Below are positions 32,877 through 42,873 of a stretch of DNA of 64,000 bases, one piece after another. This DNA is from Patescibacteria group bacterium. Lineage in GTDB: Bacteria > Patescibacteriota > Patescibacteriia > Patescibacteriales > UBA12465. The position numbers and the translations under genes were made by a program. A model generated the notes under the pieces. That model was given only the letters and a program-made list of their open reading frames with translations, ran no database searches and had not been told where the DNA came from. How positions within the stretch are numbered: the stretch's first letter is position 1; every line of letters starts with the position of its first letter. The stretch covers positions 77,824 through 141,823 of the forward strand of contig JBMOHE010000002.1 in assembly GCA_049318005.1 (NCBI GenBank), read 5' to 3'.

Positions 32877-34751
32877 CTATTCAATAATTGCTTTAATTCT
32901 TCTAACTCCAGCGCTAGACGCCTCCTCTTTCTGGATTCTAAAATGACCCAAAACCCCAGTCATATCAACATGAGGCCCGCCACAAATCTCCTGAGAAAAG
33001 GCTTGGTCTATTATAGGTAGGCCATTTGAACCTAAATTTGAAACAGTATAGACCTTAACCTGCTCGCCATACTTAGAATCAAAGACTCCCATGGCACCCC
33101 TATTTTTTGCCTCTTCTAACGACAATTGCTCGCAAACAATAGGAAAATTGCTAATAATAGCCTCATTAACTAGGCTCTCGACCTTAGTTATTTGTTCAGG
33201 GGTCATCTTTTCGGAGTGAGAAAAATCTAGGCGTAGTCGCTCGGCGGTAATATTACTTCCCTTTTGAACAACATGATCACCTAAAACTTTTCTAAGGGCG
33301 GCAAGTAGAAGATGGGCGGCTGTATGAAGTTTAGTTGTTTCTTCGCCTGAATCAGCGAGCCCTCCTTTGAATTTTCCGGCCGAAGCGGTTCGAGAAAGTT
33401 CTTGATGTTTATTTAGTTCTTCATGAAAAGAATTCAAAAAATTATTTTCTATCTCCTTAGGCACAACAAGGCCACCGCTTTGAATTCTTTTATTGTTAAT
33501 TTCTTCAAAACTTAACTCAATTGGGAAACCACAGCTTTGATATAAATTAAAAAGGGTTTTCCCGTCTAAAGAGAATTCTTTAAGCGATTGTTTATAATTT
33601 TTAAACAGTTTGTTAATTTCCTCAACACCGTTCTCTAATGTTTTAGAAAATTTTTCTTCCTCTTTTTTAATGTTTTCAAGAATAAAGTTTTGATTCTCTT
33701 TTATTTCCGAATATATATTCTGATAATCATTAATTACTACTTGAGAAATTTCCGCCGTCCAAAGCTCTTTAGTTATACCAATTTGTTTTCCATATCTAAT
33801 CGCACGTCTAATTAAACGACGAACAACATAACCTTGATCCGTATTAGATGGAGTAATTCCGTGATTATCGCCAATAATAAACGTTGCAGCTTTCAAATGA
33901 TCAGAAATTATTCGCATTGCTTTTGTTATTTCTTGACTCTCTTTATATTTATGGCCACTTAATTCTTCAATTTTTAAAATTATATTGGCGAACAAATCCG
34001 TTTGATAATTATCATCAAGGCCATTTATAACGGCGCAAACTCTCTCTAGGCCCAACCCAGTATCAACATTTTGCTGTTTCAGAACTTCAAATTTCCCTTC
34101 CGCATTTTTATTATATTGCATGAAGACATTATTCCAAATTTCTACCCAAATATCATTATCATCATTAAAAAATCCTGGGACTTCTTTAGCGTCACCCGAC
34201 CAATAAAAAATTTCCGTATCTGGGCCGCATGGTCCGGTTACGCCCGCTGGGCCCCACCAATTATTTTTCTTAGGTAATTTTGCAATTCTTTCAATCGGTA
34301 GTCCATTAGCTTCAAAAATATTTTTCCAAAAATTATAGGCTTCGTTATCAAAAGGCGCGTCATCGTCGCCAATAAATACAGAAACCGCTAGACGATTTTT
34401 ATCCAAACCTAAATATTCAGCGCTAGTTAAAAACTCCCAACTGTAATTAATTGATTCTTCTTTAAAATAATCTCCTAAAGACCAATTTCCCATCATCTCA
34501 AAAAAAGTATGGTGGGTTCTGTCACCAACTTCTTCAATATCTCCAGTTCTAATGCATTTTTGGGCGCTAGTTAATCTACTACCAGCCGGATGATTTTCAC
34601 CTAATAAATACGGGACTAAAGGATGCATACCAGCGGTTGTAAATAAGACGGTCGGATCATTTTCTGGAATTAAAGAAGCACTAGAAATCACGGCGTGATT
34701 TTTAGTCTTAAAAAAATCTAAATATTTTTGGCGTAACTGAGAAGATGTCAT
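32877..34751 (-). CDS. alaS: alanine--tRNA ligase, short form lacking the C-terminal C-Ala/oligomerisation region
   Basis: 624 aa; class II core (FTTAGMHP...) and editing motifs (HTAAHLLLAAL, CGGPHV). Ends soon after the editing domain. Confidence 0.9.
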   Translation of the reverse strand: MTSSQLRQKYLDFFKTKNHAVISSASLIPENDPTVLFTTAGMHPLVPYLLGENHPAGSRLTSAQKCIRTGDIEEVGDRTHHTFFEMMGNWSLGDYFKEESINYSWEFLTSAEYLGLDKNRLAVSVFIGDDDAPFDNEAYNFWKNIFEANGLPIERIAKLPKKNNWWGPAGVTGPCGPDTEIFYWSGDAKEVPGFFNDDNDIWVEIWNNVFMQYNKNAEGKFEVLKQQNVDTGLGLERVCAVINGLDDNYQTDLFANIILKIEELSGHKYKESQEITKAMRIISDHLKAATFIIGDNHGITPSNTDQGYVVRRLIRRAIRYGKQIGITKELWTAEISQVVINDYQNIYSEIKENQNFILENIKKEEEKFSKTLENGVEEINKLFKNYKQSLKEFSLDGKTLFNLYQSCGFPIELSFEEINNKRIQSGGLVVPKEIENNFLNSFHEELNKHQELSRTASAGKFKGGLADSGEETTKLHTAAHLLLAALRKVLGDHVVQKGSNITAERLRLDFSHSEKMTPEQITKVESLVNEAIISNFPIVCEQLSLEEAKNRGAMGVFDSKYGEQVKVYTVSNLGSNGLPIIDQAFSQEICGGPHVDMTGVLGHFRIQKEEASSAGVRRIKAIIE

Positions 34752-34777
34752 ATTGATAATAAAATTTAATAACTATT

Positions 34778-35794
34778 CTATATTACATTAACTTCCTCCT
34801 GAATATCAAGTCCAAATTTCTTATTAACTGCCGCCTTAACTTTTTTAACTAAAGTTAAAACATGTTTAGCGTTTGCGCCGCCATGGTTAACTAAAACTAG
34901 GGCTTGTTTTTCATGCATACTAACTGGACCAATTTTCTTACCCTTAAAACCAGCCTGCTCTATTAACCAGGCCGTAGGAATCTTTACACTCTTATTATTA
35001 GGGAAATTCGGAATATTTGGATGTTTTTTTAAAAGTTCCTTGAACTTAGTTTTAGAAATTTCAATATTCTTAAAAAAAGAACCCGCGTTAGGCAAAATTC
35101 CCGGATTAGGCAATTTGGAATTACGAATTTCGGCGATTGCACTTATTACATCACGTAAAACTGGTTTTTTTATTCCTTGTTTTAATATTTCTTCACGAAT
35201 CGAACCATAATCTAATTTAAGTTTTCCCTTCTTCATCAGTTTCATCGTTACAGAATAAATGAAATATTTACCTTTCAATTTATTCTTAAAAATACTATCT
35301 CTATATCCGAATTTACAATCCTTTAAGTAAAAAGTTTTCTCTTTCCCTGTTTTTAAATCAATCGCCTTAAGACTAAAAAAGTTATCTTTTAATTCGACGC
35401 CATATGCACCGATATTTTGGATAGGTGCTGCGCCCAGAGTTCCGTAAATTAAAAATAAATTCTCTAAACCATATAAACTGTTCTCGATTGTAAAATTAAC
35501 AAACTTAGTCCATGATTCTCCAGATTTTCCTTCAATTAAGCAATAATCTTTTTTATTCTCTATTATTTTACTCCCTCGAATTTCATTTTTAATAACCAAG
35601 CCTTTAACTTTTTTAGAAATCAAAACATTAGAGCCACCGCCTAAAATAAATATCTCTCTTTTATTTTTTTTAGCCCAAGCTATTGCTTCACGAAGATCTT
35701 CTAGGCTTTTAATAACAACAAAAAACTCAGCGACAGAGCCGATTTTAAAACTTGTATACTGGGCTAAATTTATGTTTTTAGAAAAATTTAACAT
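34778..35794 (-). CDS. murB: UDP-N-acetylenolpyruvoylglucosamine reductase
   Basis: 338 aa; the FAD-binding N-terminus (YTSFKIGSVAEFF...ILGGGSNVL) and C-terminal domain pattern fit MurB; mur gene context. Confidence 0.85.
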   Translation of the reverse strand: MLNFSKNINLAQYTSFKIGSVAEFFVVIKSLEDLREAIAWAKKNKREIFILGGGSNVLISKKVKGLVIKNEIRGSKIIENKKDYCLIEGKSGESWTKFVNFTIENSLYGLENLFLIYGTLGAAPIQNIGAYGVELKDNFFSLKAIDLKTGKEKTFYLKDCKFGYRDSIFKNKLKGKYFIYSVTMKLMKKGKLKLDYGSIREEILKQGIKKPVLRDVISAIAEIRNSKLPNPGILPNAGSFFKNIEISKTKFKELLKKHPNIPNFPNNKSVKIPTAWLIEQAGFKGKKIGPVSMHEKQALVLVNHGGANAKHVLTLVKKVKAAVNKKFGLDIQEEVNVI

Positions 35795-35812
35795 ATTTGA
35801 ATTATAAATTAC

Positions 35813-37615
35813 TTATTTAACTTCACCTAATTCCTGCAATTTTAAAAGCTTAGCATATAAACCACCACTAACCTGAGCTAATTCTGTATGACTACCCTCT
35901 TCAGCAACTCTGCCATTTTCAAGAACGATAATTCTATCAGCTTTTTTAATAGTACTTAAACGATGAGCAATAATAATCATAGTTCTGTCGCGACTTATTT
36001 TTTCTATCGCATTCTGAATTAAAACCTCACTCTGACTATCAAGATTAGAAGTTGCTTCATCAAAAATTAAGACACTTGGATTAGCTAGAATAGCTCTAGC
36101 AATCCCAATCCTCTGTCTTTGGCCGCCAGACAGTTTTATTCCACGTTCGCCGACCATGGTTTCGTAACCTTTATCAAGCTTAATAATAAATTCTTCAGCA
36201 TTAGCCGTACATGCCGCCGCTTCAACATCTTCTTGGGTTGCGTCTGGTTTAGCATAAGCGATATTATCGCGAATACTTAGATCGAAAATTTCTACTTCCT
36301 GAGGAACAATAGCAAAAAACTTTCTGAAACCATGAATATCATAACTCTTTAAATCCTTATCATCTAACAAAACTTTTCCCTTCTGAGGATCATAATGCCG
36401 ATAAACTAAACGAGCAATAGTTGTTTTTCCGCCGCCAGATGGGCCAACTAATGCCGTAACGCACCCAGACTCTATCTTAAAATTAAGATTAGCTACAGCC
36501 GGACTAGAATTATCATTATAATAAAAAGAAACATCTTTAAATTTTATCTCACCAATAATCTTTTTTGGCTTTAAGCCATTCTTTTTATTAATAATAGAAC
36601 TTTTGCTATTAAATAACTTCAAAAGACGATTTACGCCTTCGCGACCTTCTTCTATCCTATCGTAAAAACGAGATAAGCGATAAAGAGAAGAATATGATTT
36701 TTCACTAAGAGTAAAAATAAAGATTAAAGAACCGACGCTCAAATTACCGATATAAACCAAATAAACGCCAAAAAATAAAACCGTCGCTCTTCCAAAATCA
36801 ACAATAATACTTTTTCCTAAACCAACCTTCATCATCCAGCCATACTGCTTATCTTCATTTTCGCGAACAGTAGTTTTAATTTTATCAAATTCTTCAAGCT
36901 CTCTTTCTTCTTGTACAAAGGATTGAACGGCATTGATATTAATAATCGCCTGCCCCATTTTTCCACTCGCAAGTTCGTAACTACGATAAATTTCTTTTCG
37001 AAGTGGATACATTTTTATATTAGCGAAGTAGGTTGTTATTAAGTATAGAGGCGCAAAAAATAAAAAAGACAAACCGATTCTCCAGTCTGAAAAAAATAGA
37101 GCAAATAAGGTGATAACTAATTGAAATAAGGTTGGCGAGACCTCCCAAAAAATATTATTAAGAAACTGAGAAATTTTATCTATTCCTCTTTCAATTTTTA
37201 CAATTTTAGCGCCAGTATTTTCTCTTTCGTGATAACTTAGATCAAGCTCTACTAATTTTTTTTGTGCCCTAACGCCTAAATCATATTCTAGTTCAACTAA
37301 TAAACATAAAATTAGTCTATCGGAATAGTATTTAAGTACGGAGTAAACCTGACCGGAGACAAGATACAAAATTATTAACTTAACCAGAAAAATTAAATTA
37401 TTTTTATCAAATCCATTCAAGCCATCAATTAATAATTTTAGGATATACGGAGATAACAAATCTAAAAACGCAACAGCTATTATCAGAAAGAATATTTTAA
37501 AGAAAAATCTTTTATAAATCTTTAGTAAATGCCAAAGCTCACGCAAAAAAACTCCCCAAGGTAGAGTTTCTTTAATTTTATCTTTTTCTTCAATTGTCTG
37601 CGGAGCTGAACTCAT
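35813..37615 (-). CDS. ABC transporter, fused permease/ATPase (MsbA-like exporter type)
   Basis: 600 aa; 6-TM N-terminal half; Walker A GPSGGGKTT, signature LSGGQRQR, Walker B LIFDEATS. Confidence 0.88.
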   Translation of the reverse strand: MSSAPQTIEEKDKIKETLPWGVFLRELWHLLKIYKRFFFKIFFLIIAVAFLDLLSPYILKLLIDGLNGFDKNNLIFLVKLIILYLVSGQVYSVLKYYSDRLILCLLVELEYDLGVRAQKKLVELDLSYHERENTGAKIVKIERGIDKISQFLNNIFWEVSPTLFQLVITLFALFFSDWRIGLSFLFFAPLYLITTYFANIKMYPLRKEIYRSYELASGKMGQAIININAVQSFVQEERELEEFDKIKTTVRENEDKQYGWMMKVGLGKSIIVDFGRATVLFFGVYLVYIGNLSVGSLIFIFTLSEKSYSSLYRLSRFYDRIEEGREGVNRLLKLFNSKSSIINKKNGLKPKKIIGEIKFKDVSFYYNDNSSPAVANLNFKIESGCVTALVGPSGGGKTTIARLVYRHYDPQKGKVLLDDKDLKSYDIHGFRKFFAIVPQEVEIFDLSIRDNIAYAKPDATQEDVEAAACTANAEEFIIKLDKGYETMVGERGIKLSGGQRQRIGIARAILANPSVLIFDEATSNLDSQSEVLIQNAIEKISRDRTMIIIAHRLSTIKKADRIIVLENGRVAEEGSHTELAQVSGGLYAKLLKLQELGEVK

Positions 37616-37627
37616 ATATAAATTTTA

Positions 37628-39037
37628 TTACTTCACAAGAAGTGATTCACCAACCCTGAAAACATCGCCGGCTCCCATGAGCAGTAGGACGTCCTTATTG
37701 CTTAAACGTGGCTTTAAGTACTTAATAGCCTTCTCTATGTTCGAGATATTAGAAACATTTTGAATTATATTGTTTTTCTTATTATATTTAATAATTTCGT
37801 TAACTAATTCAGCGCTCGATACTCCGCCCTGCTTCTCGCGGGCCGAACCGTAAATATCTAGAACAATCAGCTCATCAGTCGCGCCTAAGCTTTTAACAAA
37901 ATCTTTAAACAAAGCTTTAGTTCTTGTGTAAGTATGCGGATGAAAAACGGTTACCAGATTGTTTTTTGAATAATGTTTTCTTATCCCTTCTAAAGTAGTT
38001 TTGATTTCGGTTGGATGATGAGCGTAATCATCTATTATAGTTGCGCCTTTATATTTTCCTAAGATCTGAGCGCGGCGCTCAGTTCCCTTAAAAGAAGCCA
38101 AATGTTTTTTAATATCAGCAGTTGAAACTTTCAAAGCACGAGCTGAAGCAATTACAGCAAGGGCATTATAAATATTATGCTCACCCCAAAGACTAATTTT
38201 AAATTTTCCTAAATTATTAACGGAGAATGTTTGGTAAGTTTTTTCGATTTTTAAATCATGCGCTAAATAATTAACAGTTTCTGCGCTTTTATCGTTGCGC
38301 AAAATATCATAAGTTAAAATCTGACCGTGACAGTATTTCTTTATTTTTTTTGTTTCACTATCTCTATTATTTATAACTAAAAAACCATTTTCAGGAATTT
38401 TTTTAACAAAATCAGCAAAAACCTTAGTATAGGCGGCTAAATCTTTAAAGAAATCAGGATGATCAAACTCAATATTATTTAAAACCACACCTTGAGGTTT
38501 AAAATACTGAAGTTTATTTTGATATTCATCAACTTCGGCAACAAAATATTTTGATTTACCAAGTAGCGAGCTGCCATTAAACTGCGGAACACGAGAGCCT
38601 ACTAAAACACTTGGAGATTTACCCGCTTTTTCGAGCACATATCCCAACCATGCAGAGGTGGTTGTTTTCCCGTGGCTACCGCAAACTGCAATACCAGAAT
38701 ACTCATTGAATACTGCTCCTAGAGCCTCGGCATAAGATAATAGTGGTATATTTTTAAATTTATCAGGATTATTTTTTATATAAGCTAACTCCACATTATT
38801 ACTGACATTAAAAGCCGAAGAATGAACAATTAAATCGGCATGGGTGGGGATGTTTTTAATATCAAACGGCGAATAAACTTTTATTTTAGCTTTTTTTAAA
38901 ACTTTATCTGTCAAAAAAGTATCTTCAATATCTGAGCCAATAAGCTTATTTCCTTTTCGTGCTAAAAATTGGGCCAACATTGTCATGCCCACCCCCTTTA
39001 CGCCAATTAAATATATATTTTTAATTTTATTTTTCAT
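37628..39037 (-). CDS. murC: UDP-N-acetylmuramate--L-alanine ligase
   Basis: 469 aa; IGVKGVGMTMLAQFLARKG N-terminus; GSHGKTTT P-loop; Mur ligase architecture. Confidence 0.88.
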   Translation of the reverse strand: MKNKIKNIYLIGVKGVGMTMLAQFLARKGNKLIGSDIEDTFLTDKVLKKAKIKVYSPFDIKNIPTHADLIVHSSAFNVSNNVELAYIKNNPDKFKNIPLLSYAEALGAVFNEYSGIAVCGSHGKTTTSAWLGYVLEKAGKSPSVLVGSRVPQFNGSSLLGKSKYFVAEVDEYQNKLQYFKPQGVVLNNIEFDHPDFFKDLAAYTKVFADFVKKIPENGFLVINNRDSETKKIKKYCHGQILTYDILRNDKSAETVNYLAHDLKIEKTYQTFSVNNLGKFKISLWGEHNIYNALAVIASARALKVSTADIKKHLASFKGTERRAQILGKYKGATIIDDYAHHPTEIKTTLEGIRKHYSKNNLVTVFHPHTYTRTKALFKDFVKSLGATDELIVLDIYGSAREKQGGVSSAELVNEIIKYNKKNNIIQNVSNISNIEKAIKYLKPRLSNKDVLLLMGAGDVFRVGESLLVK

Positions 39038-39043
39038 TTTATC

Positions 39044-40147
39044 TTATTTTTTTATTATTTCCCAAATAAGCGCGGCCACATTTTGCGCCGCCTGTGGCTT
39101 CATTACTTTCGAAATATTATTCATAAGCTCGCCTCTAAACCTAGAATCTCCTAATAATTTATCAACTTCTAATTTTATCTTTTCTGAAGTGAGTTCTAGC
39201 TGATTTAAAACTATAGCCGCCTTCGCTTCACCAAATACAGCCGCATTTTCCTCTTGATGAGAATTAGGGATTGGAATTAAAATAGTTGCCTTAGTAAGCG
39301 CTGATAGCTCAGTTAAAACCCCCAGGCCACAGCGAGAAATTACTAAATCTGCCGCTGCCATTAAAGACAAAACCTCACTTTGATCCAAAAATTCAAAAGA
39401 ATGATAATTCTGATTGCTTGTGTTAATTCCGCTAGCTTTACCACGACCAGTTAGATGAACTAACTGACAAATATCTAATAAATTATTATTACTTACTGAA
39501 TCCTCAATCAGCTTATTAAGAGCAAGTGCTCCCGTTCCACCACCAATTACTAAGACCAGTGGCTTATCTAACTCTAAAGAATAATTTTTTCTCGTTTCAA
39601 TTCTTTTAGTTTCATGTAAGCTTATATCTTTTATAGGATTTCCTGTCAAAACCGCTCTTGGGCCGTAATCAATAAATGATTTTTCAAAACTAATAGTAAC
39701 TACGCGAGCAAAAGGGGCCATTAATTTATTGGCTAACCCTGGTCTTATGTCCTGTTGATGAATTAAAATTGGAATTTTATAAAAAGCCGCTGCCCAAACT
39801 AAAGGAACGCTCACAAAACTACCGGCACTAATAACTAAAGCAGGTTTTTCTTCTCCTAATATTTTTAAAGACGTAAAGAATGCAATAATAATCTTAAAAA
39901 TATCTAAAAAATTATAAATAGAAAAGTATCGTCGCCACTTTCCACTAATTAATTCTATAAACTTTATTTCTTTAGTCTTAAAATTTTTAACCAATTCTTT
40001 TTCGGGTCCAATCTTTGCACCCACAAAAACCAAATTCAAATCTCTATCATCTTTCAATAGTTCCTCGGCCACAGCCAATAAGGGCGTAACCGAGCCCCCG
40101 GTACCGCCACCTGAAAACATTATTTTCTTGGAATTAATAGTTTCCAT
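39044..40147 (-). CDS. murG: undecaprenyldiphospho-muramoylpentapeptide beta-N-acetylglucosaminyltransferase
   Basis: 367 aa; GGGTGGSVTPLLAVAEEL N-terminus; GT28 pattern; context. Confidence 0.88.
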   Translation of the reverse strand: METINSKKIMFSGGGTGGSVTPLLAVAEELLKDDRDLNLVFVGAKIGPEKELVKNFKTKEIKFIELISGKWRRYFSIYNFLDIFKIIIAFFTSLKILGEEKPALVISAGSFVSVPLVWAAAFYKIPILIHQQDIRPGLANKLMAPFARVVTISFEKSFIDYGPRAVLTGNPIKDISLHETKRIETRKNYSLELDKPLVLVIGGGTGALALNKLIEDSVSNNNLLDICQLVHLTGRGKASGINTSNQNYHSFEFLDQSEVLSLMAAADLVISRCGLGVLTELSALTKATILIPIPNSHQEENAAVFGEAKAAIVLNQLELTSEKIKLEVDKLLGDSRFRGELMNNISKVMKPQAAQNVAALIWEIIKK

Positions 40148-40150
40148 AAT

Positions 40151-41305
40151 TTAAGAATAATTTCTCGAAGTTTTTGTTTGCTTACTAATATTAACTAATA
40201 TCCCCATGGCAATTAAATTCGATAAGATAGCTGAACCACCGGCCGAAATAAATGGAAGAGGGACGCCGGTCATAGGAATTAAATTAATCATGCCACCGAT
40301 ATTTAAAAATGTTTGCACCGACAGCCACACAATAATACCTGTTGCCAAAGTACTACCATATATATCAGGAGCGGCTCTAGCGATTAATAAGCCTCGATAA
40401 AATAAAAATAAATATAACAAAATTAACAAAGCACTAAAAACAAAACCAACTTCTTCGGCAATAATAGGAAAAATAGAATCACCCCAAACTTCAGGTAAAT
40501 ACATAAATTTCTGACGACTCTGACCTATGCCGCGGCCAAACCAGCCTCCAGAGCCCACCGCTATTAATGATTGGTTAATTTGATAACATTTATCCTGAGC
40601 ACTATAACTAGGATCTTTTAAGCATTTAAAGCGATCGGACTGGTAGGATGTTTTCAAACTCAACATTAGAAATAAGGCAAAACCGGCCAGCAAGACGGCT
40701 AAAAAAATATGAGAAATCTTCCCGCCGCCTGCAAAAAAAACAACCATTGAAGTAAACGCAATAATAAACAAGGTTCCCAGATCTGGCTGAGCGATCATTA
40801 AAAGACTAATTACCGCTAAAATAGTTAAAAATGGAAAAATTCCACTAGAAAAATTACTCAATTCACCTTTTTTCGCCTCAAGCCAAGTCGCCAAATATAT
40901 TAGAAAGGCTAATTTAACCAACTCAGACGGCTGAAAAGAAAGACCAAATATATTTATCCAACTTCTAGCCGTACCATACTCAGATCTAAGCCCAGGGATA
41001 AAAACTAAAATAAGCAAAACTATTGAAGAAAACAAAAAGAAAACAGCAAACTTTTTTAAGACTCGATAATCGATTCTCGAAACAAACCAGAAAACACCAA
41101 GAGATAAAACAACCCAAATAAACTGACGAAAGAAGTAGTGGTAAGTATTACCGTATCTTGAGTATGACACAATCGACGAAGCACTAAAAAGCATTACTAA
41201 ACCAAAAATGATTAAAAAAAACATTGCACTGATTAAACTTTTATCAGGCTCGTGCTCACTTGAGCGAATATTTAATATTTTTTTAGCAAAGCGACCGAAA
41301 ACCAT
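40151..41305 (-). CDS. ftsW: SEDS family lipid II polymerase (FtsW/RodA)
   Basis: 384 aa, about 10 TM; QPSELVKL and GGSA motifs; lies between mraY and murG. Confidence 0.8.
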   Translation of the reverse strand: MVFGRFAKKILNIRSSEHEPDKSLISAMFFLIIFGLVMLFSASSIVSYSRYGNTYHYFFRQFIWVVLSLGVFWFVSRIDYRVLKKFAVFFLFSSIVLLILVFIPGLRSEYGTARSWINIFGLSFQPSELVKLAFLIYLATWLEAKKGELSNFSSGIFPFLTILAVISLLMIAQPDLGTLFIIAFTSMVVFFAGGGKISHIFLAVLLAGFALFLMLSLKTSYQSDRFKCLKDPSYSAQDKCYQINQSLIAVGSGGWFGRGIGQSRQKFMYLPEVWGDSIFPIIAEEVGFVFSALLILLYLFLFYRGLLIARAAPDIYGSTLATGIIVWLSVQTFLNIGGMINLIPMTGVPLPFISAGGSAILSNLIAMGILVNISKQTKTSRNYS

Positions 41306-41308
41306 ATA

Positions 41309-42358
41309 TTAAAATTTTTGATCCAGTAGAAAAATCATTAATCCAACTGCCGTACCGATTCCAGCTATAACCCAAAAACGCATAACTATTTTAGCTTCAG
41401 ACCAACCCAAGGCTTGAAAATGATGATGAATTGGAGACGATAAAAATACCTTTTTACCTCTAACCTTTTTTGAAATAACCTGAATAATAACTGAAGCTGA
41501 TTCAATAATAAAAATAATACCAATAAAAAGAAGCAGTAAAGCGCTATTGGTTAACATGGCAATTATACCAAGCGTTACGCCCAGACTCATCGCCCCGGTA
41601 TCTCCCATATAAAAACGAGCGGGCGGAATATTAAACCAGAGAAAAGCTAATAAAGCTCCGATAATCGCACCGCAAAATGTAGCTAAATCATAACGACCAA
41701 GAGAAAAAGCAATCACCCCATAGGCCATAAAAGATATTAAGAGCGTTCCGCCAGCTAAGCCATCTAATCCATCAGTTTCGTTAACAGAGAAAGAAGTGGC
41801 CACAATCACAAGAATAAATAAAGGAATATACCAGGCGCCAATTTCAAAATTACCAAAGAATGGAACATGAAACACGGTCCAATCGAGTTTAAAATAAAAC
41901 CACAATGCACCAGCAATGGCAATTAAGGTGTAAACCAATATACGATGACGTAATTTAAGTCCTCCGCCACCCAAAACGCCCTTACTACGCACATCCAACC
42001 AATCATCAAATAGCCCTATTAAAGCTGTAATAATTAAAGCGCCTAGGGGTAAAAGTGTTTCTGAACGTGATAAAAAATTCAAATGTTCAATTGATCCACC
42101 GCTAAAAAACTGGGCTAAGGCAGAAAATAAGAGAATTAAAACTAGCACAGTACCCCAGATTAGAACACCTCCCATAGTCGGAGTTCCCTCTTTATGAGCA
42201 TGGAGCTCACTAAACACAGGGGTTGCGCCACTATTTCTAATTTTCTTTCCTAATTTATATTTATATAAAAAATGAGTTAAAAGCGGAGTTAGACTAGCCG
42301 CTAGAACAAAAGAGGCGGTCGTGAAAAACAAAACTTTAATCAAATAGAACTCCAACAT
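41309..42358 (-). CDS. mraY: phospho-N-acetylmuramoyl-pentapeptide transferase
   Basis: 349 aa; NETDGLDGLAGG and MGDTGAMSLG motifs. Confidence 0.93.
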   Translation of the reverse strand: MLEFYLIKVLFFTTASFVLAASLTPLLTHFLYKYKLGKKIRNSGATPVFSELHAHKEGTPTMGGVLIWGTVLVLILLFSALAQFFSGGSIEHLNFLSRSETLLPLGALIITALIGLFDDWLDVRSKGVLGGGGLKLRHRILVYTLIAIAGALWFYFKLDWTVFHVPFFGNFEIGAWYIPLFILVIVATSFSVNETDGLDGLAGGTLLISFMAYGVIAFSLGRYDLATFCGAIIGALLAFLWFNIPPARFYMGDTGAMSLGVTLGIIAMLTNSALLLLFIGIIFIIESASVIIQVISKKVRGKKVFLSSPIHHHFQALGWSEAKIVMRFWVIAGIGTAVGLMIFLLDQKF

Positions 42359-42362
42359 AATA

Positions 42363-42776
42363 TTAACGAAAATTAATAAGGTAAATAGACAATAGGGCGA
42401 CGCTCAATACAGAGGCAAACACAGCCGCAGAGCCCATTAGATAATGAATGTAAATTTTAAAATTTTTACTTTCGTGAAAATAGGCTAATATACTTAAATT
42501 AAGCAAGAAGATGCCTAATCCAAGCAAGGGGTATGAATAGATACGATTTGGATCCCCAACAAGATCGATACCAAAGTCAACATTATAATGAAGAACTAAA
42601 ACATCGCCACTGAGACTTCTTTTAATAAACCAAGCCTGGAGCCAAGAAATTAATTGCCAAAAAATAATAATGGCTAAATATATAAAGCTAGACTTAAATT
42701 GAAAAACCGCGCTAAATGATCTTTTTATCTTATCAAAAAGGCTGTAAAAACGTGCATAAAAATTAGAATAAGCCAT
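42363..42776 (-). CDS. membrane protein, unknown function
   Basis: 137 aa with about 3-4 TM segments. Its stop lies 4 nt upstream of the mraY start. Confidence 0.6.
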   Translation of the reverse strand: MAYSNFYARFYSLFDKIKRSFSAVFQFKSSFIYLAIIIFWQLISWLQAWFIKRSLSGDVLVLHYNVDFGIDLVGDPNRIYSYPLLGLGIFLLNLSILAYFHESKNFKIYIHYLMGSAAVFASVLSVALLSIYLINFR

Positions 42777-42873
42777 AAAATCTTAATATAACAATAAATC
42801 CCAAAAATATGGGCTAACATAAGTATTTTAACATATTTTATAATAATATAAAATAAGCTATAATAATAGTATT

